Below, piece by piece: positions 31,963 to 41,031 of a DNA stretch of 64,000 nucleotides. Under the pieces are notes generated by a model, which did no database searches, had not been told where the DNA came from, and saw only the letters and a list, made by a program, of their open reading frames with translations. The translations under genes and the position numbers were made by a program. This DNA is from Myxococcales bacterium. Lineage in GTDB: Bacteria; Myxococcota_A; Polyangia; Palsa-1104. The DNA is taken from positions 53,546 through 117,545 of the forward strand of contig PNAM01000015.1 of assembly GCA_003170275.1 (NCBI GenBank). Direction: 5' to 3'. Position 1 is the stretch's first letter. Every line of letters begins with the position of its first letter.

Positions 31963-33665
31963 TACTTCAGCTCGTGCGCACCGATGTCGAAGGCGGCGCC
32001 GAGAGGTCGGTGATTGCCGAAGAAGTCGTGATCCGGGAAGCCGACCGCCATCGGCACCTTGTCGACGCAGCACGCGGTGTTGAGCGCGCTGGTCGGATCG
32101 AGCTTGTACTCGCCGCCCAGGATGAACGACGGATCGAGCGCGACGTCGCCGGCGAACGCGGTCTGGTCGGAGCCGACGACCACGTTCGTGCGCATGCAGC
32201 CGCCGTTGAAGGTCTGGCCACCCGCCATCGGGTTGTGCCAGATGATCGAGGACTCGATCGCGACGTTGCCGCCGTTGCACTCGATGCCCTCCGGGTTGCC
32301 GACTACGGTGTTGAAGCGGAAGGTGCCCCCGGGCGAGTTCAAGATCGCGCCGGCGTTTCCGAAATTGACGACCAGGTAGTTGTTGATCAGGCTCCAGGCG
32401 CCGGCCTCGATGAACACGCCGCCCGACTGGTTGCCCGAGATGTAGTTGCTCTCGAGCGTCAGGTTCCCCGGGTCGTTGTCGAACACGCCCCAGCCGGAGG
32501 TGCCGTCGGTCGCGACCACCCGGTTGTCGGAGATGCGGTTGTTCAACAGGTGCGCCGTGCCGGTGCCGAGCTTCACGCCTCCCGCGGTGTTGTTGACGAT
32601 GTCGTTGGCGATCAGGTCGATGTTGCAGTTGCCCGCGAGCACGCCGAAGGCGTTCAGCGGCGCGCTGGTCACTTGCGAGTTCTTCACCACCAGCGTCTGT
32701 GCGGCGCCGCCCGTGCAGACCACCGAGCCAATGAAGTTCAGCCCGTCGATCGTGAGCGTGACCGAGGTCGTCGCCGCGAACGTGAGCGCGACCGAGGCGC
32801 CGCCCGGCGGCTGGATCGTCGCGTAGTTGCTGATGCCGGCGATGCCGGGCCCGACGATGGTCGCGGCGCGCGCGACGGTGACCGGGGTGTAGAGGCCGTC
32901 GTGCACCAGGATGAACGGCTGGGTGCCCGCGACGGCCGGCGGCAGATCGCAGAATGGCGTGGCCGGTGACAGCCCGTCGTGCGTGCCGGTCGATGGGCAA
33001 CCCGCCGCGCCGCTGTTGACGTAGGCGATGTTCGAGACCGGCACGCAGCTCCCGTCGCTCGCGCACACGCCCGCCGGGCACTCCGAGTGCGTCTTGCACG
33101 CCCGGCACGCGCCCGCGACCGGATCGCAGATCGGCGTGGCGACGTTGTGGATCTGGCACTGGTCATCGTCGCTCGCGCTGGCGCACGCGCGGCAGGTCGA
33201 GCTGGCGCAGATCGGCGTCGAGTCCGCGCACGTCGCGGAGGTCGCGCAACCTGCCGCATCCGCGCCGCCGCCGTCGCCGCCGTCGCCCGTGCCGAGATCC
33301 ATTCCACCGCCGCCGCCGAGCTCGAGCGCGATGGTCGCGCTGGCGCCCGCCACGATGGTGGTCTGCCCGTCGTCGCTGCCCACCGTCGCGCCCGTCGAGC
33401 TCAACGCGTCGACGTGCACCGAGAGCACGCCGCTGATCTCGGGCGAGACCTCGATGCTGAAGCTGTGCGTGGGCGGAAAGGTGTGCACCGCGAGCAGGAC
33501 GCTGAACGGTTTGGTCTGGCCGCCGGCGGTGGCGGTGCAGCGCAGGCTGGCCACGTCGGCGAGCGGCGCGTTCGAATCGACCGTGACCACCACCAGCGAG
33601 CCGGTGCCGCCGCCGCAGCCGGCGACCAAGAGGGAACAGAGCGCGAGTTGGAGAGAGCGCATCAT
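31962..33665 (-). CDS. right-handed parallel beta-helix repeat lipoprotein with Cys-rich neck
   Basis: MMRSLQLALCSLLVAGCGG lipobox. Cys-rich segment (CATSATCADSTPICASSTCRACASASDDDQC..). Then repeated beta-helix rungs (NNRISDNRVV.., SNYISGNQSGGVFIE.., NNYLVVNFGNAG.., NTVVGNPEGIECNGGNVAIESSIIWHN). Confidence 0.8.
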   Translation of the reverse strand: MMRSLQLALCSLLVAGCGGGTGSLVVVTVDSNAPLADVASLRCTATAGGQTKPFSVLLAVHTFPPTHSFSIEVSPEISGVLSVHVDALSSTGATVGSDDGQTTIVAGASATIALELGGGGGMDLGTGDGGDGGGADAAGCATSATCADSTPICASSTCRACASASDDDQCQIHNVATPICDPVAGACRACKTHSECPAGVCASDGSCVPVSNIAYVNSGAAGCPSTGTHDGLSPATPFCDLPPAVAGTQPFILVHDGLYTPVTVARAATIVGPGIAGISNYATIQPPGGASVALTFAATTSVTLTIDGLNFIGSVVCTGGAAQTLVVKNSQVTSAPLNAFGVLAGNCNIDLIANDIVNNTAGGVKLGTGTAHLLNNRISDNRVVATDGTSGWGVFDNDPGNLTLESNYISGNQSGGVFIEAGAWSLINNYLVVNFGNAGAILNSPGGTFRFNTVVGNPEGIECNGGNVAIESSIIWHNPMAGGQTFNGGCMRTNVVVGSDQTAFAGDVALDPSFILGGEYKLDPTSALNTACCVDKVPMAVGFPDHDFFGNHRPLGAAFDIGAHELK

Positions 33666-33670
33666 TTTCA

Positions 33671-34309
33671 CTAGAACCGAAAGGTTCCGTCGGTGGGCAT
33701 CGACGACGGGAACGATGGCGAGCGCGCCGCGCCCACCCCGACCCCGACGCCCACGCCGATTCCCACTGCCACCACCGCGACTGCGGTCCACAGCCACCAC
33801 TTCTTGTAGATCGGCGTCGCGCGCCGCTCGGCGGGCCGCGCCACCACCACCGGCGTCTCGACCCCCACCGGCGCCGGCGTCACCTCCTGCACCGGCGGCG
33901 GCTCGCGCCGGCGCGGCGCGTTCGGATCGAGCGTGCCCTGCGGCGGCCGGCTGTTCGCGACCTGCTCCATCTTGATCGCCTCCTCGAGGCTGACGATCAG
34001 CTTCTCCACGTCCTCGCGCTGATCCTGATTGGTGGCCTCGCGCAAGAACGATCGATACGCCTGCACCGCCTCGACCTTCTGCCCGAGCGACCGATGGCAC
34101 TGCCCGATGTTGAACAGAAACGACGGGTCCTCGTAGTTGCGGTACGCGTCCTTGAAGGCCGCGAGCGCCTCGGAATATTCGCTCAAGTTGTAGTGCTGGA
34201 TCCCGAGCCGGTAGGCCTCGCGCGCCTTGTCCTTGTTCTTCGCCTGCGCAGGGGCCGCCGCAAGCAGCACCAGCCCAATCACCGCCCCCAGCAGTAATTT
34301 CATCCCCAC
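33671..34309 (-). CDS. TPR-repeat protein with signal peptide and C-terminal KKWWLWT + (G-V)n anchor
   Basis: MGMKLLLGAVIGLVLLAAAPAQA; TPR (AREAYRLGIQHYNLSEYSEALAAFKDAY..LFNIGQCHRSLGQKVEAVQAYRSFL). Tail IYKKWWLWTAVAVVAVGIGVGVGVGVG. Stop lies 5 nt before the next gene start. Confidence 0.8.
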   Translation of the reverse strand: MGMKLLLGAVIGLVLLAAAPAQAKNKDKAREAYRLGIQHYNLSEYSEALAAFKDAYRNYEDPSFLFNIGQCHRSLGQKVEAVQAYRSFLREATNQDQREDVEKLIVSLEEAIKMEQVANSRPPQGTLDPNAPRRREPPPVQEVTPAPVGVETPVVVARPAERRATPIYKKWWLWTAVAVVAVGIGVGVGVGVGAARSPSFPSSMPTDGTFRF

Positions 34310-34475
34310 AGCTTACACCAGCCCGCGCTTCAGTGGCTCGCGCCGCCCGATCCGGACTTGCGAAGTTACCAAGAGCTCACGCGCTGCTTACCGGGCGGAA
34401 ACATCACAGAGCGTCTAGTTGTTGTCGAGGTCGATCATGCGAACGTCGCTTTTCGTGAGCCGCGGACGACACAAG

Positions 34476-35396
34476 ATGGGGACCGTCGGCCGCTTGACCG
34501 GGTTCTCGCCGGCGCTCTTGCGCGCGTGGGAGAGCCGTCACCGCCTGCTGTCGCCGCATCGTGGAACCGGTGGACAACGGCTCTACAGCGATGACGACGT
34601 GCAGGTGCTGCGGGCCGTCCGCGCGCTGCTCGATGAGGGGCGGTCGATCGGCGAGATCGCGCTTTTGGGTCGGAAGACGCTCCTCGCGCGCACGCCCTCG
34701 CTGGTGCAGGCGGTGGTCAAGCAGGTGCGCCTGGAGCTCACGCTCGACTGGACGCTCGACGGTGGCAACGCCGCCGCGGCCGTGCGCTCGATGCACGCGG
34801 CCTCGCTCGCGGCGACGCGGTTGGCCGCCCGGCTGGACTTGAAGCAGCTGGTCGAGCTGGTGGTCGAGACGCTCGACGCCGATTTCGACGCCGCGCTGGC
34901 GCGCATCTGGATCCTCGAGCCGGGCGAAAACGCGCTCTACCTGCGGGCGAGCGCCGGGCTGTCGCGCCGGACCTCCACCAGCCCGAGGGCGCGAATCGAT
35001 CTCGCAAACTATCCCTATAAGGTGGGCGTCGTGGCGCGCTCGCGCACGCCGTTCGTCTGCAACGGCCTTGACGGCGATCCCCATTTCGAGCAGCCCTGGG
35101 TCAAGCGCGAGCAGCTGGCCTCGGTGGCGATCTTGCCGCTGGTCGCCGAGGGTGCGCTGCACGGCGTGCTCGCGACCTTCTTCCGGCAGCCCTTGAGCGA
35201 GGACGTGGTGGGCGCGCTCGGCACCTTCGCGTCGATGACCGCCAGCGCGATCGCCGCTCACGCCGCCGGGTCTGGCAGCCCCCCGAGGCGGCGCTGCAGC
35301 TCCATCCGCTTTTCGACTTCCTTGAACAGCGCGAGCTCCTCGTCGCTCTGGCATTCGAGCGCCGGCATGCGGGCATCCTCGTCGAGCGGCGCGTAG
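34476..35396 (+). CDS. MerR-family HTH + GAF-domain regulator
   Basis: MGTVGRLTGFSPALLRAWESRHRLLSPHRGTGGQRLYSDDDVQVLRAVRALLDEGRSIGEI (MerR HTH). GAF-like LARIWILEPGENALYLRASAGLS...VAILPLVAEGALHGVLATFF. The last ~45 codons are Ser/Arg-rich and overlap the convergent thioesterase gene, so the 3' end is doubtful. Confidence 0.7.
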   Translation: MGTVGRLTGFSPALLRAWESRHRLLSPHRGTGGQRLYSDDDVQVLRAVRALLDEGRSIGEIALLGRKTLLARTPSLVQAVVKQVRLELTLDWTLDGGNAAAAVRSMHAASLAATRLAARLDLKQLVELVVETLDADFDAALARIWILEPGENALYLRASAGLSRRTSTSPRARIDLANYPYKVGVVARSRTPFVCNGLDGDPHFEQPWVKREQLASVAILPLVAEGALHGVLATFFRQPLSEDVVGALGTFASMTASAIAAHAAGSGSPPRRRCSSIRFSTSLNSASSSSLWHSSAGMRASSSSGA

Positions 35397-36355
35397 GTGA
35401 AGAAGGCGCGCAGGTTCTCGACGTACGATCCCTGCTCGGGATCTTCGGATTGAACGCTGACCAGGCTGGTGAGCGACTGCGGCGTAGAATGGACCACCAC
35501 CGACCGCAGGTGCGCGAAGCGGTCCCGCTCGACCGGACGCAGAAAGCACATGCCGTGCAGCCCGGTGCAGCGCACCGGCACGCGCCCCGCAAACGCGCGC
35601 GCCGACAGCGTGGCCGACACCTCGCTCCATCGCATGAGGGTTCCGCCATAGAGCGTGCCGTGAAAGTTCATCGAGCCCACGCGCACCGGCTCGATCTTGT
35701 GCATGTACGACCGGCTGCGCGTGCGCGGCTGCTGCGAATCGGCGCGCTCCCACGGCATGCGCAGGTAGCGGGGAAGCCGGGTCATCCACTCGCGCACCAG
35801 CAGCGGCCAATCCTTCTCCTCGATCTCACCCTCGACGAGCTCGGTCGGATCGGAGACCAGCGTCAGGTTGGGGTGCAGCGCCCGCCGGCGAAACTCGCGG
35901 CGCAGCTCTCCCTCGCGAAAGCGTGAGCGCTCGGCCGGCGTCTCCGGAGAAAACTGCGGCACCGGCACGGTGCGGCCCTTGCGATCGATGGGCACGAAGG
36001 TCATGTAGGCCTCGAGGCCGGGCGCGCCCGGGTGAGGCTCGCCGTGATCCATCGTCACGGACACGCCGACGCTGTGCGGCGAGGTGTAGGCGACCCGCGC
36101 GGTCATCGCCACCCGCTCTCCCAGCGGAATGGGCGTGTGCAGCTCCATTCCATCGATGGAGGCGGTGACCACCGAGCGGCGGCAATGGCGCGTGGCGGCC
36201 AGCGCGCCGGCGACGTCCATCCATTCGAGGATCTTCCCGGCCCGCAGGAAGCCGAGCTCATCGGCAACCTCGGGCGCGACCCACTCGTCGAGGTGCACCT
36301 CCGATCCCGCGCGCACGCCGATGTTGGGACGCCTGGCCCTGCGATTCGTGTTCAT
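35258..36355 (-). CDS. acyl-CoA thioesterase with tandem hotdog domains
   Basis: Two hotdog repeats (GKILEWMDVAGALAATRHCRRSVVTASIDGMELHTPIPLGERVAMTARVAYT.. and GTLYGGTLMRWSEVSATLSARAFAG..CTGLHGMCFLRPV). Start chosen at MNTNRRARR (ATG 36355). Confidence 0.8.
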   Translation of the reverse strand: MNTNRRARRPNIGVRAGSEVHLDEWVAPEVADELGFLRAGKILEWMDVAGALAATRHCRRSVVTASIDGMELHTPIPLGERVAMTARVAYTSPHSVGVSVTMDHGEPHPGAPGLEAYMTFVPIDRKGRTVPVPQFSPETPAERSRFREGELRREFRRRALHPNLTLVSDPTELVEGEIEEKDWPLLVREWMTRLPRYLRMPWERADSQQPRTRSRSYMHKIEPVRVGSMNFHGTLYGGTLMRWSEVSATLSARAFAGRVPVRCTGLHGMCFLRPVERDRFAHLRSVVVHSTPQSLTSLVSVQSEDPEQGSYVENLRAFFTYAPLDEDARMPALECQSDEELALFKEVEKRMELQRRLGGLPDPAA

Positions 36356-36510
36356 GCCGGTGAGTATGCCGAGCACGCGAGTCCGGCAGGTAACGGCCGC
36401 GTAAGAAGCGTGTATATCCACACAAAACATCGACAGTCCATCGGGCCCGTGTCGATGAATGTCAACAAGACCTATACAACGCGGTGACACGGGAGTGCCT
36501 ACGCGTCGAC

Positions 36511-37902
36511 CTAGTGTAGGCCGGCGGCGAGGAACCGCTCGAGGAAGCCGTGCGCGCCGGCGCCGCCGAGCGAGTTACAGGTGGCCGACGCCGAGCCCGG
36601 GGGGCAGTCGACGTCGCGATCGTAGGACCAGTAGTGCACGCCGGCGAGCGCGTGCGAGATGGCGAAGCTGGCCAGCGCGTCCGCATCGGCGAGCGTGAAC
36701 TGTTCGCCGGCCACGTCGTTGCCGCCGATCATCGGCGTGAGCTCGATGTTGCTGAACGGCACGCCCCACTTGTCGTGCAGGTTGAGCGCCGCCTGGATCG
36801 CCGACTGGCCCATCTGGCAGGCGCCGCCGCTCACCACGCACACGCCCGCGCTCGGCGAGCCGTAGTCCATGGTCATCGGGTTGACGGTGACGTAGCCCGG
36901 CCAGCTCGACGCGCCGGAGAAGCCGAGGGTGCTCTGCACGGCAGCCATCACCTGGTCGCCGTAGAAGTTGAAGCTGTCGGGCGCGCCGGCGCCGAGCGAC
37001 TGCGCCGTGCTCGCGCCGTTGTTGTTGGCGAGCGTCGCCAGGGTCAGGCTGAAACGCAGGTTGGGAAAGCTCGCGTGCGCCGACTTGATGCGCGCGACCA
37101 GCTCGCCGATGACGCTCGCCGACTGTCCGGCTTCGATGTCGAAGTCGACGCCGATCAGGTTCGGCCCGGCCCAGCGGTTGAGGAACGTCGCCATGCCCGC
37201 GTCCGATCCGCAAGTGAAGGAGCCGGCCGCGCCGCCGGTGGAGAGGATGTACTTGATGCCGGCCTGATTGAGCAGCGACACGTTCGCCGAGGCCATCGCG
37301 GCGCCGGGCACGCCGCCCCAGTTCTCGTTGCCGCATTCGCCGATGGCGAACGCGAGCGTGACGGTCTTGCCGCCGTTCGCGGCCAGATCGCCGGCGAAGC
37401 CGGTCGGCGCGCCTGACACGTTGGTCGAGATGACGTTGGTGTTCCAGTTCATGTTGATGCTGGTGTCCTTGTAGGGACTGAAGACCAGCGAGCTCCCCGC
37501 GCTCCCGGTCATGCCTCCGCCCGTCGTGCCTCCTCCGGTCGTACCGCCGCCAGTCGCACCGCCGGATCCGCCACAGCCGCCGCCTGCACCGGTCGCGCCG
37601 CCACCCGCGCCGGTCGCGCCGCCGCTCGAGCACTGCGCGAGATCCCACAGCGCCGGCACCGCGTCGGGCGTCCACGTGTCGAGCGCCGTGTGCGCCTGCA
37701 GACAGCGATAGACCGCGCCGTGATAACCGACCAGCGCATTGACGGCATAGGCGGTTCCCGACGCCCACTCGGCGACGGTAGCCGGACAGGCCACCGACTC
37801 CGCGCTCGGCACCTCGCCCTGCCCCGGGTCGGGCGCACAGCCGCTCACGAGGGTGGCCAAGAGCGTGAAGCACAGCATTCTGGTCAGCGAAGGGAGGGTC
37901 AT
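36511..37902 (-). CDS. GH18 chitinase with N-terminal chitin-binding (CBM5/12-like) module and Gly/Thr linker
   Basis: Lipoprotein/signal peptide. WASGTAYAVNALVGYHGAVYRCLQAHTALDTWTPDAVPALW (CBM5/12-like). Catalytic LIGVDFDIEAG (DxDxE). Confidence 0.88.
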   Translation of the reverse strand: MTLPSLTRMLCFTLLATLVSGCAPDPGQGEVPSAESVACPATVAEWASGTAYAVNALVGYHGAVYRCLQAHTALDTWTPDAVPALWDLAQCSSGGATGAGGGATGAGGGCGGSGGATGGGTTGGGTTGGGMTGSAGSSLVFSPYKDTSINMNWNTNVISTNVSGAPTGFAGDLAANGGKTVTLAFAIGECGNENWGGVPGAAMASANVSLLNQAGIKYILSTGGAAGSFTCGSDAGMATFLNRWAGPNLIGVDFDIEAGQSASVIGELVARIKSAHASFPNLRFSLTLATLANNNGASTAQSLGAGAPDSFNFYGDQVMAAVQSTLGFSGASSWPGYVTVNPMTMDYGSPSAGVCVVSGGACQMGQSAIQAALNLHDKWGVPFSNIELTPMIGGNDVAGEQFTLADADALASFAISHALAGVHYWSYDRDVDCPPGSASATCNSLGGAGAHGFLERFLAAGLH

Positions 37903-38044
37903 GCCCGCGCTAAGAGCAAGCCGCGCACCAATCCGCCAGGAGCCGCGTTGGCGCGGGAAATTCGCGAGTTAGCTATCCGGGGTCTGAGGGTCGCGTCCCC
38001 ACGGGGGAAACGGGAGGTTGACGGATCGTCCTACCCGAGCCCGG

Positions 38045-39397
38045 TCACATCGGGCAGGGCACCGGCACCGGGCAGCCGCCGTTGTTCGCGTTCTTCGGAA
38101 ACGTCTGCGTGCAGCGCGAAACGCTGACGAATGCGTTGGTGCCGTCCAACAGAAAATCAGGCTGGTTGTCGCTCGCCCAGCCGCGGTCGATGCCGTTGGA
38201 GGCGCTGTTGCTGATCGTGGTGTTGGTGATGAAGGCGGACGCCGGCGCGCCATGGATGCGGATCGCGGCGTCGTTGATCGGCGTCGCCGGATAGGGGCAC
38301 GAGCTCGAGCCGGAGCTGCTGCTTCCGCCAGCGTACTCGACGGTGACGAAGTCGAGCTGATCGTTCACGCTCGGGAGATCGCCGAAGCTGAGCCCCAGCC
38401 AGTCACCCGCCACCGGCGCCGGCTCCGCGCTGGTGAAGACGATCGGCTTGGCGCTGGTCCCCACCGCGATCAGCGTGCCGGTCGCGGCCGTGGTGCCGGA
38501 GAAGTAGTCGACGTAGAGCACCCCGCCCTTCTTGAAGCGCAGGGTCACGCCCGGATCGATGGTCAGCGTCGCCGTCGACGTCGGCGCTCCCCCGACGTCG
38601 AGCCGGCCCTCCGCGCTCGAGTTGCCCACGTGATACGGCACGCCGTGATCGGCGAAGGTCACGTCCCAGCTCCGGATGTTCTGCCCCGCATCCGATCCCG
38701 ACAGCAGGATCTCGTCGACGCCGTTGCCGGTATAGACGCCCGAAGGGATGGTTCCGGCGAGGTTGGCCCACGCGTGGATCGGGTATCCCTTCGATCGCTC
38801 GATGACCAGGTTGTTCGACGCCGCCGAGAACGCCCCGCTCTCGTGCAGATAGACGCCCTGACTGGCCGAGTCCTGAATGGTCAGGTGATCCGCGTGGAGG
38901 ATCTCCGCCGGCGCCAGGTTCTGATCGGCGCGAAGATCGAGCGCGCCGGCAAAATCAGCGACGCTGTTGAGCGGATCGCCGCCGCTGATCACGCTGGTGT
39001 AGGTCAGGCTCAACGTGCCGCCGTCGAGCGCGCGGATCGCGGCCCACGGCGCGCTGTCCTTCGGCCCGATCGTGACCGGCTGGCTCGCCGTCCCCATCGC
39101 CACGATGCTGCCTCCCGCAAGGACGCTGATGGTCTTCCCCTCGCCGATGAGCACCACGGCACATGGCTCGATCATGATCTCCGCGGAGATTTCCGCGTCG
39201 GTCGGAAGCACGTGCGGGCTCGCCGCCGCGGTCCACGTGTCGGCCTGCGCGAGCGTCGCGCCGTGCATCGTCCCGGCGCCGGTCGGCGCGACACAGGTAG
39301 TGACTCCTCCGCCGTCATCGGGACCGGCGTTCGGCGATCCGCATCCGCTCAACAGAACGAGAGCCAATCCTGCAAGGCGAGTAGGGCTACTATGCAA
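38045..39397 (-). CDS. hypothetical lipoprotein, beta-helix-like
   Basis: MHSSPTRLAGLALVLLSGCGS lipobox. Gly/Ser/Thr-rich strand-like repeats. Cys-rich C-terminus. Confidence 0.65.
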   Translation of the reverse strand: MHSSPTRLAGLALVLLSGCGSPNAGPDDGGGVTTCVAPTGAGTMHGATLAQADTWTAAASPHVLPTDAEISAEIMIEPCAVVLIGEGKTISVLAGGSIVAMGTASQPVTIGPKDSAPWAAIRALDGGTLSLTYTSVISGGDPLNSVADFAGALDLRADQNLAPAEILHADHLTIQDSASQGVYLHESGAFSAASNNLVIERSKGYPIHAWANLAGTIPSGVYTGNGVDEILLSGSDAGQNIRSWDVTFADHGVPYHVGNSSAEGRLDVGGAPTSTATLTIDPGVTLRFKKGGVLYVDYFSGTTAATGTLIAVGTSAKPIVFTSAEPAPVAGDWLGLSFGDLPSVNDQLDFVTVEYAGGSSSSGSSSCPYPATPINDAAIRIHGAPASAFITNTTISNSASNGIDRGWASDNQPDFLLDGTNAFVSVSRCTQTFPKNANNGGCPVPVPCPM

Positions 39398-39592
39398 GGT
39401 TCCTCCGAGCTGGCAACGGGCCAGTCATGTACAAGTTATCGGCGGGAGCGAGCAGAAGGTTGCTAACCGGGCCTGCGCACACCCGTTTCTCGCTCGTCGA
39501 ATATTGTATCTTCCAGTACCGTCGTCCGCAGACCGCCGGTAGCGCGGTAGCGTTTGGGCCGGACTGCAACCTGCCGGCATCACCGTCGCAGA

Positions 39593-39608
39593 TGGCACTT
39601 TTTCCGCT
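39593..39608 (+). promoter_or_regulatory. candidate sigma54 (-24/-12) promoter
   Basis: TGGCAC-TTTTT-CCGCT keeps GG-N10-GC spacing. It lies about 50 nt upstream of ATG 39660, which has a GGAGG RBS. Confidence 0.4.
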
Positions 39609-39659
39609 TGTGGTCCGGCGCCAACCGCGCGCTAAGATGCCCCGATAATGGAGGCGCAC

Positions 39660-40436
39660 ATGCGATTCACTCTTCCTTTTCTCTGCGTAGCGATCATCGG
39701 CTGTGGCAACAGCACCACCACCTCGGACCTGGGGATGGATCTTTCGGTCGCAGATCGTCCGGTCTCGGTTGGTGACATGACGGGGGCGACCTGCGACATC
39801 AAGAAGCAGACCGGCTGCGCCGCGACGGACAAATGCGTCCCCAACGTCACTGGCACGATGACCAATCCAATGTTCAACACCGGCACCTGCGTTGCGAACG
39901 GCAACATCATCGAAGGCGCGGCCTGCATGTTCGGCACGGACACGACCGACGTCAACGACGACTGCGAAGCCGGCTTGATCTGCGACAACGACGGGCCGAA
40001 CTCGGCGAACGCCTGCCACAAGTTCTGCGGCACCGACGCGGACTGCACCAAGGCCACCGAGAAGTGCTTCGCGCTCTACGATTCGACGCGGAGCTGGGGC
40101 TTCTGCCTTCCGACTTGCACGCCGACGTTTCCGGCGGGCCAGAGCACCTGCCCGGCAGGCAACGATTGCTCGGCGAACTTCGACGCGATCGCGACCACCA
40201 TGTCGAGCGAGGTGGGTTACTTCCTGTGCAAGATGACCGGCACCGCGGTCCTGGGCGATCAGTGCCAGGCCGACAGTGACTGCGGCGTGGGCCTGTGGTG
40301 CGACCAGACCAATGGCTGCTCGCCGATCTGCGAAACCGGGCACGCGTGCGCGCAGGCGCCGGGCACTCCCGACGGCGGCGCGACCATGTGCAACCCGTTC
40401 ACCAACCTGACGAACGGGCAAGGCTACTGCTTCTAA
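39660..40436 (+). CDS. secreted cysteine-rich lipoprotein
   Basis: MRFTLPFLCVAIIGCG lipobox; about 28 Cys in repeated D-x-D-C / C-x-x-x-x-C units; GGAGG RBS 5 nt upstream. Confidence 0.7.
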   Translation: MRFTLPFLCVAIIGCGNSTTTSDLGMDLSVADRPVSVGDMTGATCDIKKQTGCAATDKCVPNVTGTMTNPMFNTGTCVANGNIIEGAACMFGTDTTDVNDDCEAGLICDNDGPNSANACHKFCGTDADCTKATEKCFALYDSTRSWGFCLPTCTPTFPAGQSTCPAGNDCSANFDAIATTMSSEVGYFLCKMTGTAVLGDQCQADSDCGVGLWCDQTNGCSPICETGHACAQAPGTPDGGATMCNPFTNLTNGQGYCF

Positions 40437-40503
40437 GCGCTCCTTCGCTCCGCTAGATCCATCCCCAACTCTTCCTTCGTTTCTCCTACGCGCCGCGGCG
40501 TGG

Positions 40504-41028
40504 GTGCGGTATCTCCTGGCCATGGCCACGATGCTCGAGACCCGGCGGCTGCTCTTGCGCGAGATGACCGAGGCCGACGCCGGGCACCTCTTCGCGCTCA
40601 ACCAGAATCCGAAGGTCACGCGCTACATCGTGGGCGAGCCGCCGCTCACCACGCGCGAGCAGGCGCTGGCGGTCCTGCGCGAGCGCGTGTTTCCGCAGTA
40701 CGCGCTCGGGCTCGGACGCTGGGCGTGCATCGAGAAGCGCAGCGGTGACTTCATCGGCTGGTGCGGCGTCAAGCACTTGCCGGAGGACGGCGAGTACGAC
40801 CTGGGCTATCGCTTCTTCGAGCAGCACTGGGGCCAGGGCTACGCGACCGAGGCGGCCAGCGCGGTGTGCGACTTCGCGCGCCAGCACCTTTCAGGCAAGC
40901 GCGTGGTCGGCAAGGCGATGCGCGACAATCGGGCCTCGCGCCGCGTGCTCGAGAAGATCGGCCTGGTCTTCGAAGGCGACGTCGAGAGCGAAGGCTGCCA
41001 GCTGGCCGTCTACGTGCTCGCCGCGTAG
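40504..41028 (+). CDS. GNAT family N-acetyltransferase (RimJ/RimL-like)
   Basis: LETRRLLLREMTEADAGHLFAL..., HWGQGYATEAASAVCDFA, RASRRVLEKIGLVFEG. Real start is probably an internal Met (MATMLE/MLE). Confidence 0.85.
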   Translation: MRYLLAMATMLETRRLLLREMTEADAGHLFALNQNPKVTRYIVGEPPLTTREQALAVLRERVFPQYALGLGRWACIEKRSGDFIGWCGVKHLPEDGEYDLGYRFFEQHWGQGYATEAASAVCDFARQHLSGKRVVGKAMRDNRASRRVLEKIGLVFEGDVESEGCQLAVYVLAA

Positions 41029-41031
41029 ACG

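Noticed and set aside
37505-37640. Near-tandem GC-rich repeats that could be mistaken for a repeat array
   Set aside because: They encode the Gly/Thr/Ala linker of the chitinase (GGATGAGGGATGAGGG..GGTTGGGTTGGG). This is coding low complexity, not CRISPR or a satellite. The same applies to the (GxGV)n-encoding repeats at about 17095..17140 and 33715..33770.
39644-39649. GATAAT as a sigma70 -10 box for the Cys-rich lipoprotein gene
   Set aside because: A transcript starting from it would begin at or after the GGAGG RBS and the alternative ATG 39648. No convincing -35 lies at the right distance, so the upstream sigma54-type element fits better.
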